A stretch of DNA of 64,000 nt, taken from Octopus vulgaris. Its lineage: Eukaryota. Both the position numbers and the translations under genes were made by a program. A model generated the notes under the pieces. It was not told where the DNA came from, did not search any database, and saw only the letters and a program-made list of their open reading frames with translations. This document shows, piece by piece, positions 36,311 to 48,739 of the stretch. The stretch spans positions 16,182,001-16,246,000 of the forward strand of contig OX597835.1 in the NCBI GenBank assembly GCA_951406725.2. Direction: 5' to 3'. Positions within the stretch are counted from its first letter, which is position 1. Every line of letters starts with the position of its first letter.

Positions 36311-37519
36311 GTTGAGTTTCTGTATGCAGATGACTGTGACCTGTTGGCATATTCTCAGAAAGATATGCAGCACATAGTGAATGCAATTTCTGCAGCATGC
36401 GCAGAATTGGGTCTAACAATCAATCTAAAAAGAAAACTGTTATAATATACCAGCCTGCTTCCTCCAAGATGTATGTGGAACCTTTTATAACTGTGAATGG
36501 TCAAAGGTTGGAGACTGTAGCTAGATTTATTTATTTAGGAAGTACCTTGAGCACTGCTGGTCTTGATGATGAAATTTCGTATAGAATCAGCAGGGCTGGT
36601 AGTGCTTTTGGTAGGTTTGATAGGCGTCTATGGAAACAATATATCTTCACATATATATAACACATGGATCCTCCTATCTTTCCTCTATGGAAGTGAGGTA
36701 TGGGTTGTTTACCATAGGCAGGTAAGGCAATTGGAACGATTTCATCAATACTGTCTGAGAAAAATTTTAGGGATAAACTGGAAAATGGCCAGTAGTAATG
36801 TGGAGGGAATTGAGAGGAGAGTCAGTAGAAGTATAGAGGCAATGATTTTGCAAAGATGTTTGGGGGGGGACATTTGGTAAGGATGAGTGATGAGCGACTG
36901 CCCAAGCAGCTATCATATGGTGAGCCGGAAGATGGCAGGAGACCAGTGCATAAGCCTAAACTAAGGTTTAAGGATTGCCTTAAAAATGCTCTAATAAAGA
37001 CAGGAATTGCAGCTGGTAATTGGGAGAGGGAGGAACAAGACCATGATGGATGGAGGAAGAGGGTTTGAGAGGGAGAGAGTGAAGTATGAGAGAATTAGGA
37101 GGGGGGGCGCTTAGAAGGGGGTGAACCTGTGGAAAGTGAGAGAGTGTTGCTGTTTATGTGTGTGGTTTGTGGGCGGAGGTGTTCGAGTCGTGCAGGCCTT
37201 GTGAGCTGTCAAAATTCTCATAGAAATTGACCCATGATAAACAATGAGGTGGCTATTGAAATTCATAACAGAAAGTGTGTAAAATGTGGAAGGGTGAGCC
37301 TCTCAGTTGGAGGCCTAAAAAGACATGTTAAGGGAGTGCATATGGTGGCACCTGTTTCTCCTGCCAGCCAGCACAGTTGTCCAGTATGTAATAAAATGTG
37401 TAAAAGCTTGGCCGGGCTGAAAAGTCATATTAGGGTATCACATGGCAACAATATATGAATCATTTCAGTAAGTCTTCTTGGCAATGGCTCTTCTCGAGTA
37501 ATGAGGATGCAGCTGTGTG

Positions 37520-37520
<1 letters not shown>
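36311..37520 (+). pseudogene. RTE (BovB-like) LINE ORF fragment: RT YADD through C-terminal C2H2 zinc fingers
   Basis: EFLYADDCDLLA (YADD at 36323-36334), FIYLGSTLS, LYGSEVW, LERFHQYCLRKILGI, GHLVRMSDERLPKQLSYGE, KPKLRFKDCLK; then CVVC..., CVKC...HVKGVH and CPVC...HIRVSH; has frameshifts and stops. Confidence 0.9.
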
Positions 37521-37555
<35 letters not shown>

Positions 37556-37766
37556 AAGCGTGTGTATATATGTGTATGTGTGTGTGTGTATACATATATA
37601 TATATATAATACAATTGTTTGTTTGTTTCCCACCTGCCTTCGTCTTTTGTCTATTTTCATAAAGCTTCCCGTTATATATATATATATGTATATATATATA
37701 TACATATATATACGTATATATATATATTTGTATATGTGTATATATATACATATATATATTTGTATA

Positions 37767-37797
<31 letters not shown>

Positions 37798-38097
37798 TTG
37801 TATATGTGTATATATATATACATATATATATTTGTATATGTGTATATATATACATATATATATATATATTTGTATATGTGTATATATATACATATATATA
37901 TATATATATGTGTATATGTTATATATATATATATATTTGTATATGTGTATATATATACATATATATATATATATATTTGTATATGTGTATATATATACAT
38001 ATATATATATATATATTTGTATATGTGTATATATATACATATATATATATATTTGTATATGTGTATATATATACATATATATATATTTGTATATGTG

Positions 38098-38130
<33 letters not shown>

Positions 38131-38163
38131 TTGTATATATATACATATATATATATATATTTG

Positions 38164-38237
<74 letters not shown>
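37520..38237. repeat. (TA)n microsatellite with higher-order unit tttgtatatgtgtatatatataca(ta)n
   Basis: Directly visible. Confidence 0.95.
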
Positions 38238-38422
38238 CTAGCAGAATTGCCCGGCGATGCTCAGGGCAATGATTGCACTGAATTATGATTATTCAGGCAA
38301 ATATTGATATAAGTTAACGGTGGGAGATAAGGACTTAACAATGAAACGTGTGCCATTGCATTGTTTTGGAGGAACAAAATTTCTATATTTATATATATAT
38401 ATATATATTATATTTATATATT

Positions 38423-38453
<31 letters not shown>

Positions 38454-39765
38454 TAGAGAATTGCCGGCGATGCTCAGGGCTGAATTGCTTAAAAGCTGTT
38501 AATGATTGCACTGAATTATGATTATTCAGGCAAATATTGATATAAGTTAACGGTGGGAGATAAGGACTTAACAATGAAACGTGTGCCATTACATTGTTTT
38601 GGAGGAACAAAATTTCTAATGAGCATTATAGGGGCACCAACTTTAAGTTTGAGAATGTGTGGTGGTAGTCCGGGGGGCTCAAAGGAATTGAGTACCTCTA
38701 TTGGATAGTTGATGACGTCCTCTGGATCAGGAGTTGTATCGATAGACTTATATACATAGACATCTCCAGGAATGAGTTTTAGCATTTCATCATTAATATG
38801 GTGAACAGTTTTATTCCTCGGGGCCAGAATAGCCCTTTGGCAAATCCAATCCATATTGTGATAATTAGCTTGTAGATCTGGGAACACTGCATCTCTGAGA
38901 TCAGAAGGCATTTTAACAATGGTACAAATGGAATCGATGGCAATATTACCATTTTCATCCCCTGGTATTTTACCTTCGCCAAGTGCAAGGAGGGTGTGAG
39001 AAAATGCTGCTGATGTGATATTACGTCGCATATGAGCACGCATATTGGTGTGAAGTTTGAGAGTCTTCACCAGTGGCCACAATGTGGATGACTTAAGACA
39101 CGCACTTACTGCATGAGCTCTAGTCCCTTTGGGAATAACGGGAAGTGTTTGTCGGAAGTCCCCTGAAAGAAGAAGTGTTATGCCTCCCATGGGAGCTGAA
39201 GAGTGTTTGATGTCTCTGAGAGATCTATCTAGTGCCTCAAGAGCACGTCTGTGGGCCATCGTGCATTCATCACAAACGATAAGCTTGCATCGTCTGAAGA
39301 CTTCTGCCTGATCGGAGCTGTTACTGATGTTGCAAGTTGGTGTCTCAGTCTTCGCTAAGTCAAGCGGAAGCTTGAAAGTGAAGTGAGCTGTCCTGCCGCC
39401 TGGCAACAAAGTAGCCGCAATTCCAGATGATGACACAGCTAGGGCAATGCCTTGTGTTCACCTAATCTCAGCCAATATTAATTTGTTGAGAAAAGTTTTC
39501 CCAGTGCCCCCAGGAGCGTCCAGGAAAAAAATCCCCATAGCTTTGGCCCGGATTGAATTAACAACGGAGTTGTAAGCGAACTTCTGTTCTGGAAGGAGCT
39601 TTGGCTCATTGTCGGCTATGTACTCGGCAAGCTCGTCAACATTAAAACATGTCTCACGCAGCAAATGTGAAGACAGAGTGTTTGTGCCTTCCCGGTTTGT
39701 TGAAGGTAGGCTATAGACCGGCAGGGCACTACCACCCATATCAAGTACAGTATCTTCGAACGTAG
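38238..39765 (-). mobile_element. Helitron fragment: Pif1-like helicase part of RepHel fused to a duplicated 3' terminus
   Basis: FFLDAPGGTGKTF (Walker A), SSGIAATLLPGGRTAH, LIVCDECTM, LLSGDFRQTLPV, RAILAPRN and LPPHILKLKVGAPIMLIRN lie in one frame with a single internal TGA (39458-39460); 3' gccctgagcatcgccgggc hairpin then CTAG|t at 38238. Confidence 0.93.
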
Positions 39766-39795
39766 TTTGTTACCACACAGCCACACCTGCCCCTA

Positions 39796-39826
<31 letters not shown>

Positions 39827-40098
39827 ATGGGTAGATATATTATGCATGTATATATGTGTATATATATATGTGTACATATTACATGTACATCTATATATAT
39901 ATATTTTATAAATATATATATATTTATAAACATATATATATATATATATATATGTTTATAAATATGTGTGTGTGTGTATATATTTATATATATATATATA
40001 TATATACAAATATTTATTTGTATATTACATGTTTATATATATACACACATTTATATATATATATATATATATATATACAGATATTTATTTGTATATTA

Positions 40099-40139
<41 letters not shown>

Positions 40140-40140
<1 letters not shown>

Positions 40141-40370
40141 CTTTGGGGCATCATCTTGATGCATTTTAGTTGAACAAATTGACCTCAGGCCTTTTTTTAA
40201 AGCCTAGTATTTATTGTTTAATTTGCTGAACTGCTAAGTTACAAGAATGTAAACATACCAACACTGGTTGTCAAGCAGTGGTGGGGTACAAACACAAGAC
40301 ATATATATACATATATACATATACACACACAAGCTTCTTTCAGTTTCCATCTACCAAATCCACTCACATA
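40140..40370 (-). mobile_element. Family A SINE, old partial
   Basis: ctgctaagttac...cttctttcagtttccatctaccaaatccactcaca. Confidence 0.7.
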
Positions 40371-40490
40371 TTTTCAAGTGAGACCGAGTTATTATGGACT
40401 TTTTTGAAAACACAAAAAAAGTACGAGAAAACAACAGAGGACAAACAACACAAACAAATTTATACACGAAAATAACTATTTCTAAACATA

Positions 40491-40663
40491 CAGGTGCAGG
40501 AGTGGCTGTGTGGTAAGTAGCTTGTTTACCAACCACATGGTTCCGGGTTCAATCCCACTGCGTGGCACCTTGGGCAAGTGTCTTCTACTATAGCCATGGG
40601 CCGACCAAAACCTTGTGAGTGGATTTGGTAGACGGAAACTGAAAGAAGCCCGTCGTATATACG

Positions 40664-40708
<45 letters not shown>

Positions 40709-40935
40709 TTGTGTGTCTGTGTTTGTCACCCTAGAATTGCTTGACAACCGATGCTGGTGTGTTTATGTCCCCATTACTTAGCGGTTTCGGCAAAAGAGTC
40801 CGATAGAATAAGTACAGGGCTTACAAAAGAATAAGTCCCGGGGTCGAGTTGCTCGACTAAAGGCAGTGCTCCAGCATGGCCGCAGTCAAATGACTGAAAT
40901 GAGTAAAAGAGTAAAAGAGAGAGAGAGTAAAGAGT
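40491..40935 (+). mobile_element. Family A SINE, full length
   Basis: Complete head to tail A1. Confidence 0.9.
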
Positions 40936-41835
40936 ATACATGGTAAAATATAGTTACGTAAAAAACATAAAACCATTTCAAGAGGAATGAGTTAGGAAAT
41001 TAATAAGAATCGTATATTAAGAGTATGTTCTTACCAGAAAAGATGTTGACTACTGTGTGAGGGATGGTGGCGGAATAAGCGTTAGTACGAGGATGAACGA
41101 CAATACCTGCTATCTAATGGTTCACTACGAAACATCAGCTTTGAGAACTTAATCAAAATGGTTTGTTGTTTATGATACGTCATCTCTTTGTACAGCTTAA
41201 AATAGGAACTGATCTCATTGTAAACTCCTCTCCTAATTTTTATGTTATGTTCACGATTACATTCATTTTTAACAAAAACCTGCAGGCTTTCCTCGATAAG
41301 TGCCAACTGCTTAGTCAATTTAAGTGGCTTAAGTGGATCCTCAATTGTCTCCTCTGTTCTTTCTCTAACGGCATCAGATCCTTGTAGCATAAACTTTCTC
41401 TACGGGAGGGGGGGGGACACTAGCAACTGAATCACATCTCCCTCTGTGACTTCTTCAAATTTTACACTCTTTGCAAGTGTCACCATACCTTTCCGAATTT
41501 CATATGGACTTTTTGCCTGAGAAAAACTTGTAACGCCATAAATACATCCTGGCCATATATTTTCCCAAGCACTTCAAATTTGAGGGTTTCACTTCATCCC
41601 ATGACTCAACTGCATTCATTATGTTAAATTTCTTCCAGAAATTTTTAACTGAAGATTTGTCCATCCACTCCATCGCTTTCATAAGTTGTTTGAAAGTTCT
41701 TCTCATATAATATGCCTTGAAATTAACTACCACACCTTGATCTATTGGCAGGAGCAAAAAAACTGTATTCATGGGGACATATCCTACTCCCTTATTATCA
41801 GAAAGGTCATCTGTGTTTGCCAGTTTGTTTAGTGT

Positions 41836-42040
41836 ATTACTCTTTTACTTGTTTCAGTCATTTGACTGCGGCCATGCTGGAGCACCGCCTTTAGTCGAGC
41901 AAATCGACCCCGGGACTTATTCTTTGTAAGCCCAGTACTTATTCTATCGGTCTCTTTTGCCGAACCGCTAAGTGACGGGGACGTAAACACACCAGCATCA
42001 GTTGTCAAGCAATGCTAGGGGGGACAAACACAGACACACA

Positions 42041-42072
<32 letters not shown>

Positions 42073-42238
42073 CGACAGGCTTCTTTCAGTTTCCGTCTAC
42101 CAAATCCACTCACAAAGCATTGGTCGGCCCGGGGCTATAGCAGAAGACACTTGCCCAAGATGCCACGCAATGGGACTGAACCTGGAACCATGTGGTTGGT
42201 TAGCAAGCTACATACCACACAGCCACTCCTGCGCCTAT
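41836..42238 (-). mobile_element. Family A SINE nested in the Tigger fossil
   Basis: Full copy inserted immediately after the LLDN codons. Confidence 0.9.
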
Positions 42239-42974
42239 TGTCTAAAAGAACCAATGCTTTGTTAGAAATATGTCTGGTACTGCATGACAGGACCAAAAAA
42301 AAAAAAACATGTTTGTAAACCACTCTTTGAAAAGGCTCTTAGTCACCCGTGCCTTATTTGAACGCCAAATCAGAGGTAGATTAAACTTTGTATAACACTT
42401 GAAAGCCCTTATATTTTCAGAGTGATACACGTGTAGGGAGCTTTAATTTCCTATCATCAGCAGATGTCTGACAATTTTTGGAAGCTTTAAATCCTGGTGT
42501 TGATTTTTCTCCTCAAGAAATAAAAGTTCTTGCAGGCAGGCGCTTCCAGGAAAGTGCAGTTTCATCAACATTTGAATACTTTTTCTGGTGCGTAGCTTTC
42601 TTCAGCAATCGTTATCTTCAACTGTTCAGCTTAATTAGTAACAGCTTCTGTATCAATGCTCGCAGTTTCACCAGCCATTTTTATATCATGTAAATTCATG
42701 CTTTTCTGAAACCTTTCAAACCAACCTTCATTAACCAAAAAAGGATTTTCATTAGAAGTTTCACCTTTTTTCAGCAAATTTCATATAAATGTTTGGCTCT
42801 GTTTATCAGCATATAATGCTAATTCTGATCCTCCATACATAGACTCAAGACTTGTTCCATTTTAAGTATTATATTAGATCTATGGAAAAAACATAAAGTT
42901 GGGACACTTCACAAAGTAGCTTCTTGAGCATTTGACATAATTTTCTTTCTGTTGTGATTTCTTGTTTTCAATGT

Positions 42975-43512
42975 CGAACTGAACCAGCCAGGATCTCTGG
43001 TCTGGTGGTACGTAAAAAGCACTATCCGACTCGTGGCCGATGCCAGCGCCGCGTCCACTGGCTTCCGTGCCGGTGGCACGTAAAATACACCAATCCAACC
43101 ATACGACAGGCACCCATGCCAACCCCCTTTGCTTGCGAAGACATGTTGGGGCAAGCGAAAGCGAATTGAACCAGCCAGGATCCCTGGTCTGGTGGTACGT
43201 AAAAAGCACTATCCGACTCGTGGCCGATGCCAGCGCCGCCGCTCGACTGGCTTCCGTGCCGGTGGCACGTAAAATACACCAATCTGACCGTGGCCGTTGC
43301 CAGCCTCGCCTGGCACCTGTGCAGGTGGCATGTAAAAAGCACCCACTACACTCACGGAGAGGTTGGCGTTAGGAAGGGTATCCAGCTGTAGAAACATTGC
43401 CAGATAAGACTGGAGCCTGGTGCAGCCTTCTGGCTTCCTAGATCCCCAGTCGAACCGTCCAACCCATGCAAGCATGGAGAACGGACGTTAAACGATGATG
43501 ATGATGATGATG
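42975..43512 (+). mobile_element. Family E retroposon with an internal duplication (~187-bp period)
   Basis: gaaccagccaggatc...gtaaaatacaccaatc occurs twice; ends ggacgttaaac(gat)n. Confidence 0.85.
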
Positions 43513-44129
43513 AATATAGATGTTGCAAGATTTAGTGTTTTGACAAACTTAGTCTTACTTCTGCATCAAGTCTTTTTAAAACAAGTTTATCCAGTGTAAC
43601 CCCTTTATGGTTCTTTTTTAGCACCACAGCCCTCAGGAGTGTGGTAAGTAGGCTGTGTGGTGAGTAGCTTGCTTACGAACCACATGGTTCTGGGTTCAAT
43701 GTCACTGCGTGGCACCTTGGGCAAGTGTCTTCTACTATAGCCTTGGGCCGACCAAAGCCTTGTGAGTGAATTTGGTAGACGGAAACTGAAAGAAGCTCAT
43801 CATATATATGCAGGTGAGGGAACAACAAGCAGGTGTATTAGTTTGATGCTTGGGAAGAATGGAAAAGTTTTTGACATTTAGAGCCTACGCTCTTCAACCA
43901 AAAGGGACGAGAAGAAAAAAAAATGAAAAGAGAATACATGAAGCCTTGTGAGTGGATTTAGTAGACAAACTGAAAGAAGCCAATTGTATATATATCATCA
44001 TCATCATCATCGCTTAACATCCACCTTCCGTGCTGGCATGGATGGGATGGTTTTGACAGGAGCCTGCACCAGACTTCTGCAACTGTTTCGGTAGAACTTT
44101 TATAGCTGGATGCCCTTACTAATATCAAC

Positions 44130-44650
44130 CATCATCATCATCATCATCGTTTAACGTCCGCTTTCCATGCTAGCATGGGTTGGACGGTTCAACTGGGGTC
44201 TGGGGAGCCCGAAGGCTGCACCAGGCCAGTCAGATCTGGCAGTGTTTCTACAGCTGGATGCCCTTCCTAATGCCAACCACTCCGAGAGTATAGTGGGTGA
44301 TTTTATGTGCCACCGACACAGGTGCCAGACGAGGCTGGCAGACGGCCACGCTCGGATGGTGTTTTTTATGTGCCACCGACACAGGTGCCAGACGAGGCTG
44401 GCAGACGGCCATGCTCGGATGGTGTTTTCAGTGTTTTCTTATGTGTCACCGACACAGGTGCCAGACGAGGCTGGCGAACGGCCACGATCGGATGGTGTTT
44501 GTTACGTGCCCACAGCACGGAGGCCAGTCGATGCGGTACTGGCTACGGTCCCGTTCGGATGGTTTTCTTATGGTACCACTGGTACCACAAGGATACAAAT
44601 TCCGTTGATGTTCATCTATTTTGATTTGGCTTGATTTGATTTGATTCCAC
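44130..44650 (-). mobile_element. Family E retroposon
   Basis: Near-identical to the 30985 copy but extends further 5'; an older E fragment lies at 43995-44128. Confidence 0.85.
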
Positions 44651-45065
44651 TGATTTGATTTGAACCACTGATATATAAAAGAGACCGCCATCACTTCTGA
44701 CTAATTTTTTTCAATCTGTATCATCATTGTTTTAACGTTCGCTTTTCCATGCTTGCAGGAGTCAGACAGGATTTCTTGAGGCAGATTTTTTTTCACAGCT
44801 GGATGACCTTCCTGTTGCAAACCCTCATCTGTTTTTGAAGCAAAGTAATATTTCACCATGGCTGGACATGTTTTGTTTCCATGGAAGATTCGAAATGAAG
44901 GACACCACTTGTATGACAGTGAAACTCGTTTACAACAATCAAGTGATGTCAAGACAAGGAGACACCAACTCATGTGAATATGCAAAATATTAATATACAT
45001 ACATGCTAACACTTGTAAATATATATATGAGAGTATCGTAGTTTGCTTGAAGCATTATGTATTGT

Positions 45066-45338
45066 TTGTAAAGAATAAAAAGTTTTGAATGGTACAACAA
45101 TGCACTATAATATAGACAATGGGCTATTTACCTGTTGAAATTTAGCCATCCATAGTCTGACTCCATCTAAGTAATTTAGTCATCCATAGCAGCAACTCCT
45201 TCTAACAATATCTGAAGAAGGAATATTATTCCAAAATATCATATAAGACTATGGATGACTAAATGACAACAGGTATAGAGCCCATTGTCTGTATTATAGT
45301 ACATTGTTGTAGCATTCAAAACTTTTTTATTTTTTATA
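45066..45338. mobile_element. Fold-back/MITE-like element with ~90-bp imperfect inverted arms
   Basis: aaaagttttgaatggtacaacaatg...ccatagtct (to 45158) versus agactatgg...cattcaaaactttt (from 45246). Confidence 0.7.
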
Positions 45339-45346
45339 TATTTATA

Positions 45347-45860
45347 CTAGCAGTATCGCCCGGCGTTGGTCGGGTTTGTAAGGGAAATAACTATATAAGC
45401 ATTTTTAGAGAGTTACTTCCCTTATAGATGCCAATTCGGGCTTTCTTAGCCATTTCTGTTTTGGTGTCTTCAAGCCATGAAGTCGTTGTTCTAAAAGAAC
45501 GCTGGTCTCCTTGACAATGCTTTACGACGTTGATTTCCTTACACTCCCTTCCCCACAGCTTCACGAGGGAGGGAAGAAGGGGGAGAAGCAACACAGGTGC
45601 AGCTGTGAGCGTGGACGCCAACTCCGCTGCCATCGACACACGAAAAAATGTGCATTAAAATGGAATAAAAAATGATGTTAAATTATTTTTAAAATCATAG
45701 ACTCATCGTAGACGCGCACTAATAGCCAGACGGGCTCGATATGAATCACGACTATAAGATACCCGAATTTGGTTAAACTGCACCGCAAAATGTGGGAGTA
45801 GTTAGGAATCTAAATCGAAGGGGACAGACACTCACACAACTACAGTTTTATATATATAGA
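45347..45860 (-). mobile_element. Non-autonomous Helitron, both termini intact
   Basis: Minus strand a|TCtatatatataaaa ... cccgaccaacgccggg hairpin, cgatactgCTAG|t. Confidence 0.85.
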
Positions 45861-45883
45861 TATATATATAGATATATATATAT

Positions 45884-46097
45884 ATTACAGAGATGTACTT
45901 GCATAGCAAGTGACTTGATCTGAGATCGTGTGCTGGAACGAAAACAAATGCAGCATGGAAGGTGTGTATAAGCCATTAAAGAAACACACAAAGCGACGAA
46001 AATATTTTGACAAATTAAATTTAAATGTTGAAGTGAATCTAACGATTTTTGTGTGTTTCTTAAATGGCTTATAAACACTTTCCACGCTTCAATTGTT
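45884..46097. mobile_element. Unclassified TIR-like repeat, internally deleted (family of 14548-14909)
   Basis: Starts ttacagagatgtacttgcatagcaagtga; contains inverted aagccattaaagaaacacacaaa / tttgtgtgtttcttaaatggctt. Confidence 0.65.
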
Positions 46098-46354
46098 ATA
46101 TATGTATAATTATATATATTTATGTATGTACATATATTTATATGTACACATACACAATGGGCTTCTTTCAGTTTCCGTCAACCGTTTTCACATTTGTCAG
46201 TCCAGGACTATAGAAGAGAAGACACTTGCCCAAGGTACCATGCAGTGGAACTGAACCTAGATCCGAGAGGTTGAGAAGCAAGCTTCTTAACCACCCAGCC
46301 ACACCAGCACCAACATATATGTGTGCATGTGAGTGTGTTTATGTGTGTGCAAGT

Positions 46355-46390
<36 letters not shown>

Positions 46391-46949
46391 TGTATGATGT
46401 ATCTAAAATTCGGCAATTTTCCCTATTTTCTTCATACACAGACACTGTAGTCATGATACCCCCAATTAATTAATTAATTTTTAATTTCTTATCAACAAAC
46501 TCACAGGGAAAAACACTTTATCTTTAAATGAATTACAATTTACACTATAAATCACCTGTACATAAATATATATATATATCATTCTATCTTTCTTTCTGTG
46601 TCTCTCACAGAAACACACACACACACACACACACACATATGCAAAGACTGAAGTGAATATAGTTTAGTCCATATGTCAGGTTTAATTGTGTATAATAATA
46701 CTACTACAGCCAAATTGCATTAAAAACTGGAAGTATTCTTAGCTTATGAATCACCTTTCATGTTTAGGTTTGTTGTTGAGCTCTTTCACAGCCTAAAATA
46801 GACACACATTTAAACAACAGACTACAATATTAATACAAGCAAATGAAGCAGCCACCAAGTGTTCAGTCCACTAGAAATAGCAACCAAATCTCCATACTGT
46901 ATCTTACTGGTTGTGAATGTTGTGGAGTGAGAATAAGAACTGGTAATTC

Positions 46950-47530
46950 ATATTGTAGAGTGTGAGTGAGAATGAGTTGCAGTGTGTAAGGCCTGACTGC
47001 ACAGTGAGTAAGGTCTAGTTGCAGATTGTGAGTGGGATCAGGTTTCAGAATGTGAGTGAGATCTGATTGCAGAATGTGAGGGAGGATGGGTTGCAGTGTG
47101 TGAGTAAGGCCTGATTGCAGTGTGGGAGTAAGGTCTGGTCACAGAGTGTGAGTGAGGTCTGGTCGCAGAGTGCGAGTGAGGTCTGGTCGCAGAGTGCGAG
47201 TGAGGTCTGGTCGCAGAGTGCGAGTGAGGTCTGGTCGCAGAGTGCGAGTGAGGTCTGGTCGCAGAGTGCGAGTGAGGTCTGGTCGCAGAGTGCGAGTGAG
47301 GTCTGGTCGCAGAGTGCGAGTGAGGTCTGGTCGCAGAGTGCGAGTGAGGTCTGGCCGCAGAGTGCGAGTGAGGTCTGGCCGTAGTGTGTGAGTGAGGTCT
47401 GGTTGCAGAATGTGAGTGAGGAAGGCCGCAGAATGTGAGTGAGGTCTGGTCGCAGAGTGTGAGTGAGGTCTGGCCGCAGAGTATGAGGACTACTAGGGGT
47501 GCAGAGTGTGAGTGAGGAATAACTGGCTGC
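46950..47530. repeat. 24-bp minisatellite agtgaggtctggtcgcagagtgcg with degenerate flanks
   Basis: About 9 near-perfect units at 47150-47380. Confidence 0.95.
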
Positions 47531-47833
47531 AGAATGAGAGTAAGAGAGCTAGCTAGGAGCAGCAGAGGTCTGGTGTAGATTCTTTGAGCGTGAGTGATGA
47601 AACTTCCTGAGATCCCGCGTTGCAGCAAGAGTAAACGAGTGGGAGGTGATGAGATGAGATGAGATGAGATGAGGACTGTTGATGCCATAGTAGAGAAAAG
47701 AGAGTCAAGTGATGAGGGTTTAAGGACACTTCAATAGTGATGATGATGATGATGATGATTCTCATGAAGATGACAATGATGTTAATGATGGTGATGCTGT
47801 AAAAAGAATACAACAGCTGTGCTTCATAACATT

Positions 47834-47864
<31 letters not shown>

Positions 47865-48739
47865 ATGATGATGACGACGATAATGAGGTTTCTGCATAAT
47901 AATGCTTTGTCCACAAATGGTGTTTGGTTAGAATGGTACGACATGGATAAACACACCACAACTACTACCACCACCACCACCACCACCATCACCACTTCAC
48001 TATCAATAAACTACTACTACTACTACTACTACTACAGTAGACAAACTAGTGATATTGTTACAAACATGACAACTAATATTACTATTACTACTACTACTAC
48101 TACTACTACAATAGACAATCTAGTATTATTACTGTTACAACTATAAACAAACTAGTATTTTTACTACTACTACTACTACTTGCTATAACAGTCTATGCTA
48201 TAAGTACCATTGTGTAATCAGATTTCTTTACAACGTTTGTTGGAGACAGCTGACACCTCCCCCCCCCAGCCCTTGTACCGTCACCACCACCACCACCACC
48301 AACGCCACCTTCATCTTCTGGCAAAGGACAAAACTCTGTGTTTATGTTACAAGGAATAACAAGGAAATGTCTAACAGGAAGTAATCTAAAGACAACAGTG
48401 ATAAAAAAACAACAATAATTATTTCGAGCGAGCGTTAGGGGTGATAAGGAGGGATGTGGATAAGAATAAAGGAAATAGAGCTTCAGGGGCTCACAACTCT
48501 AGCACTGTTGAGTACAATTTATGCCTTTGAGCTGTTGGACTAAGTACTTAACCAATCCTTCTTCCACTGAATATCAGCCTTTGGGGATTCCATCCTTGTC
48601 CTTATTTTCTCTACAGATTATGATTGATAAATGTTGAAGTTGAACATCAATCATACTGAACCAAAAACCCACAGCAAACAGTAGAGGACGACAAGCTGTA
48701 GCCAGGGAGGAGAACAAAGACAAGCTCTGAATAATGAAT

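Larger units (their letters stand above)
41050..43630 (-). pseudogene. Tigger/pogo-type transposase fossil, interrupted by family A and family E insertions
   Basis: NVDETALSWKRLPARTFIS*GEKSTPGFKASK (~42480-42575), YHSENIRAFK..NLPLIWRSNKARVTKSLFKEWF, ALVLLDN, PIDQGVVVNFKAYYMRRTF; possible N-terminal piece at 43515-43630. Confidence 0.85.

Noticed and set aside
37234-37458. Host C2H2 zinc-finger gene
   Set aside because: It is in frame with, and contiguous to, a decayed RTE LINE ORF.
38522-39739. Cellular PIF1 helicase gene
   Set aside because: It is intronless, truncated, has an internal stop and ends in a Helitron hairpin-CTAG terminus.
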